Of a stretch of 64,000 nt of DNA, positions 63,001-64,000 are shown piece by piece. The stretch covers positions 1-64,000 of the forward strand of contig JAQGDQ010000440.1 in NCBI GenBank assembly GCA_030141605.1. The letters run 5' to 3'. The stretch is from Tubiluchus corallicola (lineage: Eukaryota > Animalia > Priapulida). The notes beneath the pieces were generated by a model that searched no databases, was not told the origin of the DNA, and saw only the letters and a list, made by a program, of their open reading frames with translations. Position 1 is the first letter of the stretch; every line of letters starts with the position of its first letter. The translations under genes were made by a program, and so were the position numbers.

Positions 63001-64000
63001 AAAGGCAGTGTTGACAATGAAAAATTTAAAAGCGACACAATAAAGAATGTAGAAGCAACAGAGCCGGAGGGCAAGTACTGGGCAAGGTTTGAGATCGAAG
63101 ATAAAAAATTTGAAGAGCCGCAAAAAAGCAAACAGCCCAGATTCAGCAAAAAAAACCAGATTCTGCTATACGGTACAGTAACCGGGGGTGAGTTCAAAAG
63201 CTACATCTACAGATGCAGCACCAACCTTCCCGATGGCAACTACTGGATAGTACTGACCCTCAACACAGAAAACACAAAGTTTACCCGCATACTAAATGAT
63301 GCTCCCGAAATAAATGGCAACCAACTGCTAATCACAGCCACGGTAGACGACTCGGGAGAGCTAAGCGCCGATGAAGACAAGGGCTTCAACATGGAAACAT
63401 CTGAAGAGTCAGGAAAATACTACGCAACACTGAATATTGAGTCGGCAACGCCCGATCTGCACAAAATGGATAACCCCCCTCCCGAGACGGGCAAAGGGGA
63501 AAGAGTTGTAGAGGGAAACATCTGGGCAGACAGTGACACCGGAGATATCAAATTCGACCCCGTAAAAAACAGGGAAGATCACCGCCACCACGCTATAGAT
63601 GCAATCACTATAGCACTTACAGAGCGGGGATTTCTACAACGCCTGAGCACAGAAAACGCCAGAAGAGAGGAGAAAAAACGGGGTAACTTCACAAACAGCA
63701 CAGAAAAGTACCCCGAACCGTGGCAGGGGTTTGTGTCGGATGCCAAAAATGCTGTAGAGACCATCCTGACATCTCATAAAAAGAGCTATAAAGGGATCAC
63801 AAAAAACAGAAAAGGGTACAGCGTGCGAGGGCCGCTGCACAAAGATACTGTGTATGGCAAAAGGCAGGCTCCCGGCCAGGAAGAAGGCTTTCACCAAAGA
63901 GTGAAAATCACCAGCTTGGAAAACAATAAGCATATAGGTAAAATCGTAGACAAAACCATTCAGAAACTGGTTAGAGACCACCTGCAAGACAAGCTCGGTA
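60007..64000 (+). CDS. cas9: Type II-C Cas9, open to the window end (at least 1331 codons)
   Basis: MGTKILGLDLGTNSIGWA (RuvC-I), Arg-rich bridge helix, LRNPVV...VEMGRDL (RuvC-II), CPYTG...IEHIIP...NKTLC..N..KG (HNH), DHRHHAIDA (RuvC-III). Confidence 0.97.
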   Translation, partial: MGTKILGLDLGTNSIGWAVIDKENEKILDTGVRIFPEGLELNSIGKGDKEQSKNKTRRDNRQMRRQFYRKRLRKIKLLEALIDQQMCPLKHDELNSWKKWDRQGKAEARKFPNSEKFAEWIKLNPYDLREKAITEQVSHFELGRILYHMIQRRGFLSNRKEKKDPASMKIFTTGNSDENILPISKTKEKIANSSLGSYLKSITPVDGEPFRQVTDENGSDLRARGRYTSRDMYISEFEKIWQTQKAFSDIDRRSVEARKVRELKGDINGSRNRKKIAHLWEKYGNSNVTIGEKDSKGVTKVTTLSRVPLKQFLAGNIKEVENENGEKMLQFKSNESVLFWQRPLRSQKELLSNCKYENQLPVINADGKYLKKSNGDIQTRSKKPCALSHPEFELFRAHKFINNIKYGIENRPLNREQKTEVLALINSKAGNFNFSEIPKKLSLTYEKFNYNDTDKVPGSTTIKQLKPLFDTQVWENSYKEIWHCFYNYEDSDKLLEKLQKDYGFKKGLDTVEKINLKDGYCNISLKAIRNMHPFLEKGYMEDRAAILGGVKNAFGKKYLDKFNNHADSIERDIIDILNEKNEDGEAIEKIRAYLSSPIYSYGFSENDPRFSHLYHHSRDIETEKTLSEWVPEVENLRNPVVQQGINETRRLVNSLMRKYRKQFGKEFRFDLIKVEMGRDLRNNKKGRQEMYRKNRDNEKKNDEARECLRSHGLQPLRSNIHKFLLFKEIEEKSGKAACPYTGKTISIAQLLGDHNHNDSIQIEHIIPRSVSLDDSFGNKTLCEANFNREKGEKTPWQFYCENSDPNLWNASSWEEVKERAFSLLPYPKAKRFTSKKELESSSFIERQLNDSRYIARKSVELLSHICDDVRVMPGRLTAELRHLWGLNSILQPVKNIDKHSFDFNNDNAISCYSVVNKEDEVLSVHPKTNPRPETSDSEILIPGRISKNRFSSKLYKVELQTPDLKDGNYWAKFKVSGTAGLVPMFNKKPQIDEKSIVLKGSVDNEKFKSDTIKNVEATEPEGKYWARFEIEDKKFEEPQKSKQPRFSKKNQILLYGTVTGGEFKSYIYRCSTNLPDGNYWIVLTLNTENTKFTRILNDAPEINGNQLLITATVDDSGELSADEDKGFNMETSEESGKYYATLNIESATPDLHKMDNPPPETGKGERVVEGNIWADSDTGDIKFDPVKNREDHRHHAIDAITIALTERGFLQRLSTENARREEKKRGNFTNSTEKYPEPWQGFVSDAKNAVETILTSHKKSYKGITKNRKGYSVRGPLHKDTVYGKRQAPGQEEGFHQRVKITSLENNKHIGKIVDKTIQKLVRDHLQDKLG

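Noticed and set aside
62677-63564. Cas9 insert as an intein or mobile intron
   Set aside because: No Cys/Ser...His-Asn splice motifs, homing-endonuclease motifs or DNA-level terminal repeats.
60207-63987. Series of minus-strand ORFs listed in the track
   Set aside because: They are antisense shadows of the continuous + strand cas9 frame.

Overview
The window has two parts. (1) Bases 1-~3049 look eukaryotic. They carry (CA)n, poly-G and decamer satellites, long inverted repeats (~380-1042 vs 2401-~3049) and an AGTAGT start, and enclose a TATA-binding-protein-like ORF and an exonuclease-like ORF. This resembles a deleted Polinton/Maverick element fused abruptly into a bacterial lpxH gene, most likely an assembly chimera. 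(2) Bases ~3050-64000 are a Bacteroidota chromosome with strong strand-specific composition bias. Housekeeping genes include fabH, pheS, hisGDCB, rnr, ftsX, uppP, truB, queA, trxA, dnaE, ispD/ispF, rpsF-rpsR-rplI, porV and a pta-hbd-ackA-ackA-ptb-buk cluster. Accessory features include an intact IS with a 7-bp target duplication, a curli (csg) operon, a frameshifted yfhO, a degenerate transketolase, many decayed MITE-like repeats, and a tracrRNA plus type II-C cas9 (absent from the ORF track) that runs off the window end. The most notable observations are a ~296-aa insert of four ~55-aa repeats inside RuvC-III of Cas9, a four-copy ~261-bp array that reads as promoter-sRNA-terminator units, a structured intergenic RNA complementary to the curlin mRNA leader, and the TBP-carrying element. 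All family assignments come from motif recognition by eye; no searches were run.
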